From Octopus sinensis (lineage: Eukaryota), in the NCBI RefSeq assembly GCF_006345805.1, contig NC_043001.1, forward strand, positions 37,510,001-37,574,000: DNA of 64,000 nucleotides, written 5' to 3'. A model generated the notes under the pieces. The model was not told the origin of the DNA, did no database searches, and saw only the letters and a program-made list of their open reading frames with translations. The position numbers and the translations under genes were made by a program. Positions 62,011 through 64,000 of this stretch are shown here, in pieces (position 1 is the stretch's first letter; each line of letters begins with the position of its first letter).

Positions 62011-64000
62011 TGAGTGTTAGAATAGTTGTGTTGCATCCACAACAACACACTTTTCCCCTACTCTACCCTAAGAAACCAAACTACAACTCCTCTTCCAACT
62101 GCATCTTTTTCTTCCTCACATTTCCTCTTCATAAATTATGATTGTTTTCCAATCTCCTTTCTTGCCCTCACTGTTCTGCTCACTGCATCATTGCTCCCCA
62201 TACCCCCAACACCCACACCCTATTTTCTACCCAGGTTCCACACTCATATTCTTGTTACTTGTGAGTTTACCCTAGCACTGCATCTTTCTTCTGCCCTCTC
62301 TTCCACTTTTGCTGTTTCCTACTCTCTCTCTCTCTCTCTCTTGCCTTTGGTCACTCTCTCTCTCTCCTCTTGTTTTTCCTCTGACTAGGTAACTAAGTAT
62401 CTCTTTTACATCAGCACACTTGTTTCTGGCCTCTTTCTTGTACCTCTCTCTCACTGCATAACCACGTACCTCCTCTATAGCAGGACACTTATTTCTGCCT
62501 TGCTATTTCTCTGTTACACTCTAACCTTTCATCATCTGATACTGGATCACCTCCTCTAATGCCCACCTGTTGTGGCGAGACACCTGCTTCTGTCTCTCTG
62601 TCTCTTTGTCAGACTCTAGCCTTTCATCCTCTGACACAAATTCCCCTTCTCAAATGCCCTGCCACTCCCATAATTCCTTGTCTTGCAAGTTACTTGGTTA
62701 CCCTGCCAGTACTGGTGCCATGTTAAAAGCATCCAGCTGTAAAAATCATGCTGACACTAACCTCGCCTGTGGTAGTGCCACGTAAAAAGCACTGAGTCTA
62801 CTCAACAGAGTGGTTGATGTTAGGAAGGGCATCCAGATGTAAAATCTCTGTCAAAATAGACACAGTAGCCTAGGGTTGTTTTTCTACCTAGCTGGTTCCT
62901 ATCAACCGTCCTACCCATGCATGCATGGAAGATAGATGTTAAACGATGATGATGATGTACACACACACACACACACATGCATGTCAATATGATAATTTTC
63001 TCACCATATTGATCATAATTTTTATGTATATGCATTTCTATGCACACAGAAACACAATCATACATCATACACTTTCACACTTACAGGTACATAATCAGCT
63101 AGGTAAAAAGTGCACATACTTAAATATGATTTATATGATGGAGAGGAAATTATATACTCACATACATGACATGGGGGTCATAAAAACAGTGCTTAATTCT
63201 GGCTTTAGAAGTGATATGTATATAAGCTGTTAATATATCAGAGAATTGAAAATCAAACCCTTATAAGTAACATTTTGGTGGTTACCACTATTTACTTTGT
63301 GAATATTTATATGCAAATTAAGTGTTGTAACCACTGATACAAGAAATCAGTTCATCAAGTTCATAGCCATGTCTGTGCCTTATTTAATAATTTTACTTAT
63401 CTTACTGGACACAGAGAGATAAGGCTGTGTGGTTAAGAATTCACAATGCAACCATGAGAGAGAAAGTTACACAGTATATGAAGACCAAACTAATGGGTCA
63501 TGAGACTTCTGGCACTCACATTAATGCCTTATGTGAAAACAAATACTTCTAAGCAAGTATGTTAATTTGTTGCTGTTGTTTTGTCCCTGTCAGCCTGATC
63601 AAACAGACCTCTGAACAAGGGTATTCTAACCATGGCCATCCCATCTTCTTAGGAAAATGGGAGATATGTCTCATGTGTATCACTATCTAATGTGTCCTTT
63701 CTTTCCTAAAGATGGCAAAGTGTAATTTGTAGATCTGGCTAATATTTATATGAAGTGACTACATAAAGGCACTCTCATTAGCTTGGTTAGATCAGTGTTT
63801 ATAATTTTTTTGTTAATAAGTTATTCCTTAGAGAGTGTTTGGAGAATTGTGAGGTGCCAAGAGGTACACTTACAGTAAGCAGGATCACTCTGAAAATCAC
63901 TGAGTTACAATATATTTTATCCATTCCCTATAGCAAGAATTTATTGAATAGTAAAATACTAAATTTATTGACTATTCAGGGTCTCAGAAATTTAGCAACA

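Overview
AT-rich, repeat-dense animal genomic DNA. The SINE families, RTE-type LINEs and very long (TA)n/(CA)n/(CAT)n tracts suggest an octopus or related cephalopod (inferred, not checked by search). Most ORFs in the supplied track are microsatellite or SINE artefacts. One credible host gene is present: an intact 148-aa ORF (20989-21435) encoding only the bipartite HTH DNA-binding region of a Tc1/mariner-type transposase. It has a strong upstream splice acceptor and a long repeat-free putative 3' UTR, so it is a likely domesticated transposase. Decayed TEs include Gypsy pol, a Penelope RT/GIY-YIG element, RTE and CR1/L2 LINEs, Tc1, DD37D mariner, hAT- and piggyBac-type MITEs and a Helitron-type element. 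The most unusual signal is a set of short elements, apparently Penelope-derived, carrying type I hammerhead ribozyme folds with palindromic stem III, in at least five sequence-unrelated families. One family has the core C3-G8 pair swapped to G3-C8. Several sit in inverted-repeat or nested structures. Repeat boundaries were read by eye and are approximate.
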